Shown here: positions 27,932-37,181 of the stretch, piece after piece | How the letters are laid out: each line of letters starts with the position of its first letter | How positions within the stretch are numbered: the stretch's first letter is position 1 | Made by a program: the position numbers and the translations under genes | The notes under the pieces: generated by a model | The model's database searches: none | The model's input: only the letters and a program-made list of their open reading frames with translations | What the model was told of the DNA's origin: nothing | Assembly: GCA_021735655.1 (NCBI GenBank) | Contig: JAIPGM010000008.1 | Coordinates: forward strand, 5,922-69,921 | From: Candidatus Omnitrophota bacterium | GTDB taxonomy: Bacteria > Omnitrophota > Gorgyraeia > Duberdicusellales > 4484-171 | Direction of reading: 5' to 3' | Length of the DNA stretch: 64,000 bases

Positions 27932-29405
27932 TAAATATGACGTTATAGTTATTGGCGCTGGGATCGGCGGATTAACTGCTGCTGCCATACTAGCCAGAAA
28001 TGGCAAAAAGGTGTTGGTTTTGGAGAAGAATCCTATAGCCGGAGGTTATGCGGTTAATTTTAAGAGGGGTGAGTTTGAGTTTGATGCTTCTTTACATTTG
28101 CTAAACGGGTTTTTTCCTGGAAAACCAACTTATCACTTTTTGCAATTAGCCGGAATTGATAATAAAGTAACTTTTTTAAAACCCGAATATCTTTATCGTT
28201 CAGTTTTTCCGGATTACGATATCAGAGTGCCACAATGTGACCCTAAAGCCTATATTAATATTTTAGCTAAATATTTTCCTAAAGATAAGCCCAAGCTTGA
28301 AGAATTATTTAGTTTGATGTATCGTATATTTTGTCGAATTCAAGATATCGAAGGTGACAAAATATCACCGGCTGAGTTAACTGGTTATATCGGTAAGACC
28401 CATCAAGATGTTTTAGATGAATTCAAAATTAGTAATCAGCTGGCCGCTTTAATATCACAAGTTTGGCCTTTTATTGGTACCCCGCCGTCTCAGCTTCCTT
28501 TTTTAGTTTTTTTGTCATCTTTCAGTGATTTTATTTACAATGGTGGATATTATCCGAAAGGCGGCGGCCAAGCAATTTCAGATGCTTTGGTTGATGTAAT
28601 TTGTGAGAACCAAGGAGAAGTTATTTTCAAAGAAAAGGTTAGCAAAATTCTTATCGAAGGTAATTCAGCGTATGGTTTAGTGGACCAATTCGGTAATGAG
28701 TTTTTTGCCAAAGAAATAATTTCAAACATTGATGCTAATTTTCTTTTCGGTGAGTTGATTGAAAATAAATATTTGCCTAGTGATTTTTTAGATAAAGTTT
28801 CTCGTTTTAAGCCATCAATTTCGGCTTTCCAGGTTTACTTAGGTTTAGATATCGAAGCAGGCAAACTCGCTATAAACGACTATACTATATTTTCTAATCC
28901 TGACTATGACTTATCTAAACAATATCAAGAATCTTTGGTTAATAATGTTGAGGTGGTTCCTATAGAAATAAGTTTTCATAACTCTCTGTTTGATTCTGGC
29001 TTTCCTAAATCAAGCACTTTGAGTATAGTTTCTTTGGCCGGCTATGATTTTTGGCAAAATCTATCAAAACAAGAATATGCGGTAAAAAAGAAAAAATTGG
29101 CCGATATTTTAATTAAGCGAGCTGAAGACTTTATTCCTGGTTTATCGGGAAGGATTAAATTGATTAATATAGCTACGCCAATTACTATGGAGCGTTATAC
29201 CGGGAATTCAGCTGGTGCTATTTATGGTTGGAGCCAAACTATGGATCAATATGGTTCAAAGAGGATGCGGCAGAATACACCAATTGATAATCTTTTTCTT
29301 GTTGGAGCCTGGACTAGACCAGCAGGAGGAGTTTCTGGGGCAATGCAATCCGGAGCAATGGTATCGAAAAAAATCCTAATTAATGCAGCTAATGTCAAAA
29401 AATAA
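27924..29405 (+). CDS. FAD/NAD(P)-dependent oxidoreductase, phytoene-desaturase (CrtI)-like family
   Basis: N-terminal dinucleotide fold VIVIGAGIGGLTAAAILARNGKKVLVLEKNPIAGG; length and C-terminal pattern typical of the CrtI/amine-oxidase superfamily. Confidence 0.7.
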   Translation: MPNKYDVIVIGAGIGGLTAAAILARNGKKVLVLEKNPIAGGYAVNFKRGEFEFDASLHLLNGFFPGKPTYHFLQLAGIDNKVTFLKPEYLYRSVFPDYDIRVPQCDPKAYINILAKYFPKDKPKLEELFSLMYRIFCRIQDIEGDKISPAELTGYIGKTHQDVLDEFKISNQLAALISQVWPFIGTPPSQLPFLVFLSSFSDFIYNGGYYPKGGGQAISDALVDVICENQGEVIFKEKVSKILIEGNSAYGLVDQFGNEFFAKEIISNIDANFLFGELIENKYLPSDFLDKVSRFKPSISAFQVYLGLDIEAGKLAINDYTIFSNPDYDLSKQYQESLVNNVEVVPIEISFHNSLFDSGFPKSSTLSIVSLAGYDFWQNLSKQEYAVKKKKLADILIKRAEDFIPGLSGRIKLINIATPITMERYTGNSAGAIYGWSQTMDQYGSKRMRQNTPIDNLFLVGAWTRPAGGVSGAMQSGAMVSKKILINAANVKK

Positions 29406-30702
29406 AAGAATTGTTGTTACTGGATTGGGTCCTTTGTCAGCCATTGGTATGGGCAAGGAGGCTTTATGGAAGTCTGTTTTAGCAGAAAAGACGGGATTGA
29501 CTTTAGAAAAATACAGTATCAATGGTCAGGAATTGGGTGACTATTATGCCCATCGGATCAAAGATTTTGATATTAACGATTTTAATATTGATAAAAATAT
29601 TTTGGAAGATATTAAGGCTTGGAAAGAGCAAGCTAATCCCATCGATCTTTTTTATCTTTTGGCTGTAGTTAAGTTAGCTCTGAGTGATTCCAAAATAAAC
29701 TATACTAATAGAGCTGAAACAGAAAGATTAGGGTTGATAGTAACGCATGAGAATCCTGGCCTAGACCAATTCTATGAAGAAGTCATAAACGAGTCTTATG
29801 ATTTTCTAGTAAAGGGTAATAATAGTGTAATTTCTCGGAAGGATTATTTTCAAGAATTTTATCGAAAATTCGCCAAACGCGGTTACGAACTCCAGACTTT
29901 TATGCCGCTTTTTCATTTAGCTAAAGTTTTTAATATCCATAATTACTCTATATTCTTATGCAATGCTTGTGCTTCGGGTTTATTTGCCGTCGAGGCAGCC
30001 GCTGATATTATTAAAAGTGGTAAATGTAACACAGTTGTGGTTGCCGGGTCAGATTGTACCAGTATTTTTAAATATCTTTGGTTCAAAGGATTAGATATGT
30101 ATGCTGAAGATGGTAAGATAAAGCCCTTTGCTAAAAATAGGAATGGTTTTGTTACTGGCGATGGTGGAGCTGGCATCGTATTAGAAGATTTATATAGCGC
30201 GTTAGAAAGAGGCGCTCATATTTATGCTGAATATTTAGGAGGAGGATTTCATTTAGAGGGTTGGAAAGTTGCTATGCCGGAGATAAACGGTGATTCATAC
30301 AAAAAAGCTATCATGCAATCTTTGCAAAGAAGTGATGTTCCAAAAGAGGCAATCGATTTACTTGTACCTCATGGCGTGGGAACTACGGCTGCCGATTATT
30401 ATGAGGCAAAGGCTATTACGAGTATATTTGGTAAAAATTGTAAAAAACCTTTAATGGCAGCTTTGAAGCCTTATATCGGCCATAATTTGGGAAGCACAGC
30501 CCTATTGGAATTAGCAATTTCAATATTAGCTTTAGAGAATAATTATTTACCAAAAACACTCAATCTTACCGAAGTTGATCCAAAATTAGGAGTTAATTTA
30601 GTGACTACTTCTAAAGCTTATGATATGCGAACATTGATGAAGACAGCTTGTGGATTTGCCGGTTACAATGGTTCAGTTATTCTAAAAAAATATACTAAAT
30701 GA
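29383..30702 (+). CDS. Second beta-ketoacyl synthase-like protein with divergent N-terminal region
   Basis: Cys in NACASGLFA; His in PHGVGTTAAD and YIGHNLGSTA. First ~110 aa unlike FabF; start overlaps the upstream gene. Confidence 0.7.
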   Translation: MQLMSKNKRIVVTGLGPLSAIGMGKEALWKSVLAEKTGLTLEKYSINGQELGDYYAHRIKDFDINDFNIDKNILEDIKAWKEQANPIDLFYLLAVVKLALSDSKINYTNRAETERLGLIVTHENPGLDQFYEEVINESYDFLVKGNNSVISRKDYFQEFYRKFAKRGYELQTFMPLFHLAKVFNIHNYSIFLCNACASGLFAVEAAADIIKSGKCNTVVVAGSDCTSIFKYLWFKGLDMYAEDGKIKPFAKNRNGFVTGDGGAGIVLEDLYSALERGAHIYAEYLGGGFHLEGWKVAMPEINGDSYKKAIMQSLQRSDVPKEAIDLLVPHGVGTTAADYYEAKAITSIFGKNCKKPLMAALKPYIGHNLGSTALLELAISILALENNYLPKTLNLTEVDPKLGVNLVTTSKAYDMRTLMKTACGFAGYNGSVILKKYTK

Positions 30703-32891
30703 TAGTTTTTAATCTTTTTACAATTTCAGGCTTACTAACTGGAATTACTTGCTCTTTCTTGGCGGTTATTTTACTTATTTTTGGTCGGGTAAAAGAAGTT
30801 AAGCTGACTCGTTTATGGATGATTTTCAACACTGTTGTTGCTCTTTGGGATTTTAGTTTATTTTTTATTGGTCAAGCGACAAATAGTTTAGTTGCTTTTG
30901 ATCGGTGGAGGCTAGCTCATGTACCGGGCTTACTTATAGCCCCGCTTTTTTTACATGTTATTTATGTGTTTTGTGGTATTCAGCGACGTAAGTTTTTGGT
31001 TTTTTCCTATTTAGCCGCATTAACCTATATAGTTTTAGACTCTTTTAATTTATTAAGCTATACGACCCAATTAATTTTTGGGGCGTTTTACTATATTAAA
31101 CCGATTGGTCCGCAATACACTGCATTTGCTACTCTTTGGCTTTATATCATTGCACACTCTTTGTTTGTTTTGTTTCGTTTCTATAGAACTGCTTCTGGCC
31201 ATAAGAAAAACCAAGCTTTATATTTTTTAATTGTAATGCTAGTTGGATTTAGCGGGGGATCAACCCATTTTATTACCGCAATCGCTTTTTCTAAAGGTAT
31301 TCAAATATATCCTTTTGGGCAATTAGGTGTAGCTTTGTATTGTATAGTAGCTACTTACGCTATCCTTAAATACCGCCTTATGGATGTTAGAATATTTGTT
31401 TCCCGGGCCGCGGCTTTTCTCATTAGTTATCCTTTCTTTTTGAGTATTCCTTTTATTTTTGCTTATAGGACGCAAGTAGAGCTTCATTCTTTGATGGGTG
31501 CTAATTGGTGGCTTGTGCCGGCTGGTTTAATTATCTTTTTTTCCAGTTTATCACCGATAGCCTATAGCCAATTAAAAATTAGGATGGAGGAAAAGCTTCT
31601 GGCGGATCAGAAGCGTTACCAAAAATTACTACTTCAGGCAGCAAGTGGTATGGCTACTGAGCATAATTTGAATAAACTTTCAAAACTCATTGTTTATATT
31701 GTTAAGCGGGCGGTAAAGGTAGAATTTGCGACTATTTTTATCGATGATAAAAATGATGGGGTTTACCGGATGAAAGCTTTTCGGGATACACAACGGGAAG
31801 CGCCATTTGCAAATGTGACCTTTCTTTATGAGCACTCTTTTATTAGATATCTAGCTAAGCATAGCGAACCTTGCATTTATGAAGAGTTACCAGAAGAGAT
31901 TAGGGCTTCTTTGGGGGCATTTTCTAGCGCAGCTTTAGTTATACCTTCAGCTGTTCAAGATGAGCTTTTAGGTTTTGTTATTCTAGGGGCAAAGCTTAAT
32001 AAACAACCCTATAGTGATGACGATGTAAATGTTTTTAAGATTCTTTCGCATCAAGCAGCCTTGGCTATTGAGAATAGTTTATTTCTAGAGGAAACTAAAC
32101 AGGCACAGGAGAAGATATTTGCTGCCGAGAAGCTAGCTTCAATCGGTGGCATGGCTGACGGAGTGGCCCATCAGATTAAAAATCGTCTTAATCAATTTTC
32201 AGTAGCTAGTGGTGAGTTAAAGTATGAAATAAAAGATTATTTAGCCAAGCATCCGGCGATTACTAAAAATAATAAGGATTTGAAGAAAACCCTTAAATAT
32301 CTTACTGAAATAGCCGACTCTCTCATAAATAATGTAAAGCGTACTGATGGGATAGTTAAGGGAATCCTTAACTTTGCCCGAGTGGAAGAGACCAGCACTT
32401 TTTTCTCTCAGTTTTCTTTAAAAGAGGTAATTGATTTGTCTGCCGAACTATTAAAGATAAAACATGAGATTTTCGAAGCTCCTTTGGATATTAAGCTAGG
32501 TTCTTCAGATACTGTTTATGGTATAAAATCTCAAATTACCGAGGCGGTTTATAACTTATTAGATAATGCTTATGAAGCTACTCAGGAGAAGAGAGCTCTC
32601 ATGACCAAAGAAGGTAGGGATGGTTTTAATCCTCTAATTAAGATTAAGTTAACTCATAAGGCAGGCGTAAATTTGCTTGAAATTTCCGACAATGGTATTG
32701 GGATGAGAGATGAAGATAAAGCGAAAGTGTTTGCACCCTTTTTTACTACCAAATCGTCTTATAAATCAGGAACTGGAATCGGGGTGTATGTTGTTAAGCG
32801 TATGATTGAAGAGAATCATAAGGGCAAGGTTCACTTTAGTTCCACTTACATGGAGGGAACTAAATTTTTTGTAGAATTGCCAAAAAAATGA
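30699..32891 (+). CDS. Sensor histidine kinase (multi-TM, GAF, HisKA, HATPase_c)
   Basis: About 8 TM helices; H-box GVAHQIKNRLNQF; HATPase DNGIGM and GTGIGVYVV. Confidence 0.8.
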   Translation: MIVFNLFTISGLLTGITCSFLAVILLIFGRVKEVKLTRLWMIFNTVVALWDFSLFFIGQATNSLVAFDRWRLAHVPGLLIAPLFLHVIYVFCGIQRRKFLVFSYLAALTYIVLDSFNLLSYTTQLIFGAFYYIKPIGPQYTAFATLWLYIIAHSLFVLFRFYRTASGHKKNQALYFLIVMLVGFSGGSTHFITAIAFSKGIQIYPFGQLGVALYCIVATYAILKYRLMDVRIFVSRAAAFLISYPFFLSIPFIFAYRTQVELHSLMGANWWLVPAGLIIFFSSLSPIAYSQLKIRMEEKLLADQKRYQKLLLQAASGMATEHNLNKLSKLIVYIVKRAVKVEFATIFIDDKNDGVYRMKAFRDTQREAPFANVTFLYEHSFIRYLAKHSEPCIYEELPEEIRASLGAFSSAALVIPSAVQDELLGFVILGAKLNKQPYSDDDVNVFKILSHQAALAIENSLFLEETKQAQEKIFAAEKLASIGGMADGVAHQIKNRLNQFSVASGELKYEIKDYLAKHPAITKNNKDLKKTLKYLTEIADSLINNVKRTDGIVKGILNFARVEETSTFFSQFSLKEVIDLSAELLKIKHEIFEAPLDIKLGSSDTVYGIKSQITEAVYNLLDNAYEATQEKRALMTKEGRDGFNPLIKIKLTHKAGVNLLEISDNGIGMRDEDKAKVFAPFFTTKSSYKSGTGIGVYVVKRMIEENHKGKVHFSSTYMEGTKFFVELPKK

Positions 32892-33028
32892 TAAGATAAA
32901 TGGTATATCCCTCGCGCCTAAATATTCGAAAAATTTCTACGATATTTTTCGAAGGCGCTTCGGGATCAATTCTAATGAGACTGTAATTTTTCTCAATCAA
33001 TGAGAAAAATTACATAGTCGAATTATCA

Positions 33029-33406
33029 TTGAGGAGGTACAATATGAATAAAGTTTTAATAGTTGATGATGAAGTCGAAATTACCGAGTTTCTATGCAAT
33101 TTTTTGAATCGTTTTGATATAGTTAATGAAAGAGCTTCTGATGCCAAAACTGCTTTAGATAAGTTTAACAAATTAAAGCCTAACTGGGTTTTATTGGACA
33201 TAAAGATGCCGGGCATGGATGGGTTTGAGTTGTTGGCAGAGTTTAAAAAAATAAACTCAAACATAAAGGCAATGATGATTACTGGAAAAGATGACAAGGA
33301 ATCGCAAGATCGCGCTAAAAAGTTAGGAGCCCTAGATTACATTTTTAAGCCTTTGGATTTAGATGAATTACATCAGAAAATTAAAACTCATATTCTTAAA
33401 AAATAA
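33029..33406 (+). CDS. Single-domain response regulator receiver
   Basis: VLIVDDE, VLLDIKMPGMDG, K in IFKP. ORF track starts at 33029; a Met a few codons in (MNKVLIV) is equally possible. Confidence 0.8.
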   Translation: MRRYNMNKVLIVDDEVEITEFLCNFLNRFDIVNERASDAKTALDKFNKLKPNWVLLDIKMPGMDGFELLAEFKKINSNIKAMMITGKDDKESQDRAKKLGALDYIFKPLDLDELHQKIKTHILKK

Positions 33407-33417
33407 TTTAGAATAAG

Positions 33418-34605
33418 ATGCCGAAAAAAAAGAAACCTGACTATGGAAAAGGCTTAGAACAAGCTGCTAAGCAGATGATTCTAATCCGCCGGGTGGATAC
33501 TCTGATTAAGCTCATTTTACGAAGCATTATCAAAAATATAAAAGTTGAGCATGCTGGCCTTCTTTTGTATGATAAGTCAAAAGATGCTTATATAGTTACT
33601 GTTTCTAGGGGGAAGGGCGGAATAAAGATACCGGCCGGCCTTACTAAGATAAGCAAAGGTAATGCATTGGTCAGATACTTTACTGATAAAAAACTAAGAA
33701 TTTTTGGTGAGCAACCCCTTATTTTGGAAAAAATAAGTGCTTATCTTAATTCTGAAAGGCCTAAAGGTACTAAAAATTTAAGAATTTTTTTAAGGGACGT
33801 AATCTTTCAGCTCTCACTTTATAATGCTAGAGCTTGCATTGCCGGGTTTTTTAGAGAAGAGTTAATATTTATTCTTTTTTTAGGTCGAAAGATTAATCTC
33901 AAACGATTTAATCAAGACGAGTTAGGATTTTTATCAGTTTTAAGTTCAGATGCAGTAATGGCTATTCAGAATGCCTGGTACTTTCAGGATTTAGATAAAC
34001 AGCTTCACAAAAACAAGAATTTATTTTTACAGACTGTTATGGCTTTAGCCACAGCGATTGAAGCTAAGGATAAATATACTTCCGGTCATACCGAGCGGGT
34101 ATCGCACTACTCTTTGCTTATAGCTCAAGAGATAAAAGCAGTGCGCAGTAATGCCCAAAAAGATTGGGATAGATTTTCAGAGGATTTGAGAATAGCCTCA
34201 TTACTTCACGATATTGGTAAAATTGGCCTTCGCGAAGGAGTACTCAATAAGGAAGGTATTTTAACTGACGAGGAAAGAAGCGAGATGCAACGGCATCCTT
34301 TAGTTGGGTCGTCAATATTGAATCAAGTTGATGAATTTCAAGATCCTATTTTGGGGGTGAAGTATCATCATGAGCGATACGATGGCAAGGGCTATCCTGA
34401 GGGTTTAAAGGGAAACAAAATACCTTTGATAGCTCAGATAATTGCCGTTGCTGATACTTATGACGCTATGACTTCCGATCGTCCTTACAGAAGAGGGATG
34501 TCTAAGAAGCAGGCTATACAGGAGATTCGCAAGAACAAGGCTAAGCAATTTTCTCCTTTGGTGGTCGATGCTTTTTTAAAACTTTACAAAGAGGGAAAGA
34601 TATAG
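33418..34605 (+). CDS. GAF-domain + HD-GYP c-di-GMP phosphodiesterase
   Basis: HD motif LLHDIGKIGL; HHERYDGKGYPEGL (GYP); N-terminal GAF-like region. Confidence 0.8.
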   Translation: MPKKKKPDYGKGLEQAAKQMILIRRVDTLIKLILRSIIKNIKVEHAGLLLYDKSKDAYIVTVSRGKGGIKIPAGLTKISKGNALVRYFTDKKLRIFGEQPLILEKISAYLNSERPKGTKNLRIFLRDVIFQLSLYNARACIAGFFREELIFILFLGRKINLKRFNQDELGFLSVLSSDAVMAIQNAWYFQDLDKQLHKNKNLFLQTVMALATAIEAKDKYTSGHTERVSHYSLLIAQEIKAVRSNAQKDWDRFSEDLRIASLLHDIGKIGLREGVLNKEGILTDEERSEMQRHPLVGSSILNQVDEFQDPILGVKYHHERYDGKGYPEGLKGNKIPLIAQIIAVADTYDAMTSDRPYRRGMSKKQAIQEIRKNKAKQFSPLVVDAFLKLYKEGKI

Positions 34606-34619
34606 TTTCGTTGTATAGA

Positions 34620-36188
34620 TTAGTTTTTATTCATCCCGCTTATTAAAGTGGGATATTTTTTTCGGAGAGGTCGCATAGCCCGGTCGAGTGCGCGTGTTTG
34701 GAGTACACGTAGGCCCTTTGGGTCTCCAGGGTTCGAATCCCTGCCTCTCCGCCATTTTTGAGAGCGGGCAATTTTGGCAACTATACTGAACGGCTCGGAC
34801 CAATAAAATGAAAGGTTTTTGTCTTTCAAAGTATGGTTCGAGCCGTTTGTTTTTAAAAAATCCCTTTTTTGCGACAGGTTTCCTTGCCAAGCGACAGAAC
34901 CGGCTAAATTGCAAGAGGTAATGAAGTTTTTAGAGAGTTCGAGCCAGCCGCCGCTTTGTTTCTCTATCTCGCCAAGCCTTTCCTGTAAATCTTTCTTTTC
35001 ATTGAGCAATTTAGCCTTCTTATGCTGATATTCTTCCTGCGATATATCACGCTCAACATATAAATCAATAAGCCTTTCTATTTTGCCGTCAATTGAGCTA
35101 AGTTTATCTTGTAATTGGCGAGATAGAGAAAAAGAGGCTTTGCGATTAATCTCGGCTAATTCATCAAGGCGGTTAAAAATAACATCTTTACCATTATCAG
35201 GGATAAACACCTGCATTAAGGCTTTATTAACTTGCTCAAGCAAAGCCTCTTCTCGAAGAAACTTTTGCGAACAACGCCTGATTTTCTTGGTACAACGATA
35301 ATAAATATGGCCTTTTTGCATTTCAGCGGTAATTGAGCCACCGCACTCACTGCATTTAATAAAGCCTCGAAAGGCAAATTTAACTTGGTTACGCTGTTGC
35401 GGCCGAGTTTTTCGGGATAATACCTCTTGGCACCTATCAAAAAGTTTCTTCGAGATGAGCGGCGGATGGCTGCCTTCATACATTTCGCCTTTAAACCTGA
35501 TAACCCCATAGTAAAAAGGATTTTGCAACAGCCTTGCAAGTTTACTCTTATGGACAGGCTTGCCCTTTCTGCCGATTAAACCCCAGGTTTTAACCTCCTG
35601 CATAAGCTCATAAAGTGAAAAGTTACCCGTGGCGTAAACTTCAAAAATTTTCTTAATATATGGAGAACGTTCAGCATCAGGAATAATAACTCTGGTTTTA
35701 CGGTCATTAACATAACCTAAAGGAGCATAAATAGGCCATACGCCACGGCGTAGCTTTTCACGCATACCACGCCTAATATTCTCGGAAAGATTATCTATAT
35801 AATACTTAGATTGTCCAAAAGCGATAGAGAGCATAAACTTACCTTGAGCAGTGTTATCAAAGCGGTAAGTAGGAAAACGTAAGTCTTTTATAACCCCTAA
35901 ATCAACCAAATAGATAATCTTACCACCATCAAGAGAGTTTCGGGCAAGCCTGTCCGGATGCCATGCCAAAATACCATCGGCATTACCACTTTCTAACTGC
36001 TGCAAAACAAACTCGAAGATAGGCCGTCCGGGACACTTGGCTGATTTGGCTTCCGAAAATTCATCAACCACAAAGAGGGATTCTTTCTTGGCATATTCGC
36101 GCAACTCGTTTATTTGGGACTCAATACTAAGGACCTGCCTATCTTCGGCATCAGTAGATTTCCTGGCATATAAAAGATATTTTGGCAT
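34620..36188 (-). CDS. Large serine recombinase (integrase); annotated 3' end reads antisense through tRNA-Ser
   Basis: N-terminal YARKSTDAEDRQ..SIESQ with catalytic Ser; recombinase domain; zinc beta-ribbon CSECGG...YYRC; coiled coil. Last ~45 codons are antisense of the tRNA (GRDSNPG = T-loop antisense), so the true C-terminus is uncertain. Confidence 0.8.
   Translation of the reverse strand: MPKYLLYARKSTDAEDRQVLSIESQINELREYAKKESLFVVDEFSEAKSAKCPGRPIFEFVLQQLESGNADGILAWHPDRLARNSLDGGKIIYLVDLGVIKDLRFPTYRFDNTAQGKFMLSIAFGQSKYYIDNLSENIRRGMREKLRRGVWPIYAPLGYVNDRKTRVIIPDAERSPYIKKIFEVYATGNFSLYELMQEVKTWGLIGRKGKPVHKSKLARLLQNPFYYGVIRFKGEMYEGSHPPLISKKLFDRCQEVLSRKTRPQQRNQVKFAFRGFIKCSECGGSITAEMQKGHIYYRCTKKIRRCSQKFLREEALLEQVNKALMQVFIPDNGKDVIFNRLDELAEINRKASFSLSRQLQDKLSSIDGKIERLIDLYVERDISQEEYQHKKAKLLNEKKDLQERLGEIEKQSGGWLELSKNFITSCNLAGSVAWQGNLSQKRDFLKTNGSNHTLKDKNLSFYWSEPFSIVAKIARSQKWRRGRDSNPGDPKGLRVLQTRALDRAMRPLRKKYPTLISGMNKN
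34664..34754 (+). tRNA. tRNA-Ser (anticodon GGA), type II with long variable arm, CCA encoded
   Basis: Acceptor GGAGAGG/CCTCTCC; anticodon stem CGTGT/ACACG with loop TTGGAGT; variable arm TAGGCCCTTTGGGTCTCC; T-arm CAGGG-TTCGAAT-CCCTG; ends GCCA. Confidence 0.85.
34749..34780. repeat. Left copy of a perfect 32-bp inverted repeat bracketing the recombinase gene (ccgccatttttgagagcgggcaattttggcaa)
   Basis: Exact reverse complement occurs at 36323..36354; the left copy overlaps the last 6 nt of tRNA-Ser. Confidence 0.85.
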
Positions 36189-36322
36189 GGCTTAAACCTC
36201 CCTCTAAGGTTCTGTCGCTTGGCAAAGATGATTTCAGAGATTCTAAGCAAATCTCAGAAATTAGATTAGCGACACCGCAGGTGGAGCAAAGGAAACCTGG
36301 AAGCAAAAAAGTTGATTTTTTG

Positions 36323-36354
36323 TTGCCAAAATTGCCCGCTCTCAAAAATGGCGG
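36323..36354. repeat. Right copy of the 32-bp inverted repeat
   Basis: ttgccaaaattgcccgctctcaaaaatggcgg is the reverse complement of 34749..34780. Confidence 0.85.
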
Positions 36355-36534
36355 TGTATAGGGGACGCAGTCCGAACCTTTTATGCAGCCGAAGGTGGTA
36401 TTTAATGCCTATGAATTCGGCTGCTGTCTCCCTTATCGGCCCACGTGGGCCGATAAGGCATCCCTGCGGCCTCTCCCTCGCAAAAATCTATATATTTTTA
36501 ATGCGGCGGCGGAAAATTTTTTTATTTTTTGTAA
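36353..36534. repeat. Copy 1 of a ~190-bp inverted-repeat element with internal hairpins (candidate MITE/att/ncRNA)
   Basis: About 90% identical to the reverse complement of 43038..43231. Contains hairpin cagccgaa...ttcggctg and the perfect palindrome ccttatcggcccacgtgggccgataagg. Confidence 0.75.
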
Positions 36535-36945
36535 ATAAGGAGTTTTTGCTCGGGTTCGGCCGCACCCCTTGCCACCTTTGTTAACATTGCGTATTTAATT
36601 ATATGATATGGTGTTGATTAAGGCAAGTCATTTCCATCTTGGCAGGGTTTTCCTTATTCTGGTAGCCAGTGGCAAGGGGGCAGCCTCATCGTGGTGAAAG
36701 CCTGGCGTGGTTGGCGGTCTGTTCCGCCCCGCCTATACGGCGTGGCTTGGTGGTTATTGGAAAGTCTTCCTCAAACGCCTGCCTTCCGGCAGGCTTAGGC
36801 TTTCAGCCTAAAAATAAGAAAAGCCTGCTCTTCAGGCAGGCGCTTTCGTCAGTCTTTTATTCCGCAGTAGCGGAATAAAAAATATACGACACAATCAATA
36901 AAAGATTTAAAAAAGTAAAATAAAAATAGGTAGGCTTAATTCGAA

Positions 36946-37158
36946 TTATGCTAATCCGTAATAATATATCTCTTGGCAAGGCTCTATCTCTTCCGTCTCT
37001 TCCTTTATTCTAGCATAAGGAAGGGAATTCTCATCTATTGGGGCATATTTACCTTCTTTAGTAAGGCAAAGAAACTCAATTAATTCCTTCTCTTTTTCAT
37101 CTTTTTTAGCATATCTTTCCTTATTTCTCATAATCTCACCGCCCGAATTATACCACAT
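36946..37158 (-). CDS. Small hypothetical protein (70 aa)
   Basis: ORF only; acidic/lysine-rich; low confidence it is real. Confidence 0.25.
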   Translation of the reverse strand: MWYNSGGEIMRNKERYAKKDEKEKELIEFLCLTKEGKYAPIDENSLPYARIKEETEEIEPCQEIYYYGLA

Positions 37159-37181
37159 CTTATAGACTTATTCAAGTAAAC

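Noticed and set aside
34627-34914. ORF 34627..34914 (-) and the shared CQNCPLSKMA peptide with 36312..36584
   Set aside because: It overlaps the recombinase gene in another frame and the tRNA. The shared peptide is just the 32-bp inverted repeat read in two places.
36312-36584. ORF track proteins at 36312..36584 (+) and 42961..43248 (-) with near-identical sequences (…RGRSPNLL…PMNSAAV…LIGPRGPIRHPCGLSLAKIY…)
   Set aside because: They are translations of the two copies of the ~190-bp inverted repeat. The identity reflects DNA repeat conservation, there is no RBS, and the composition is Arg/Pro-rich as expected for out-of-context GC-rich DNA. Called as repeat, not CDS.
36669-36878. ORF 36669..36878 (+) 69 aa
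   Set aside because: It lies in the GC-rich hairpin-dense non-coding stretch, is Ala/Gly/Arg-rich from GC bias, and has no RBS.
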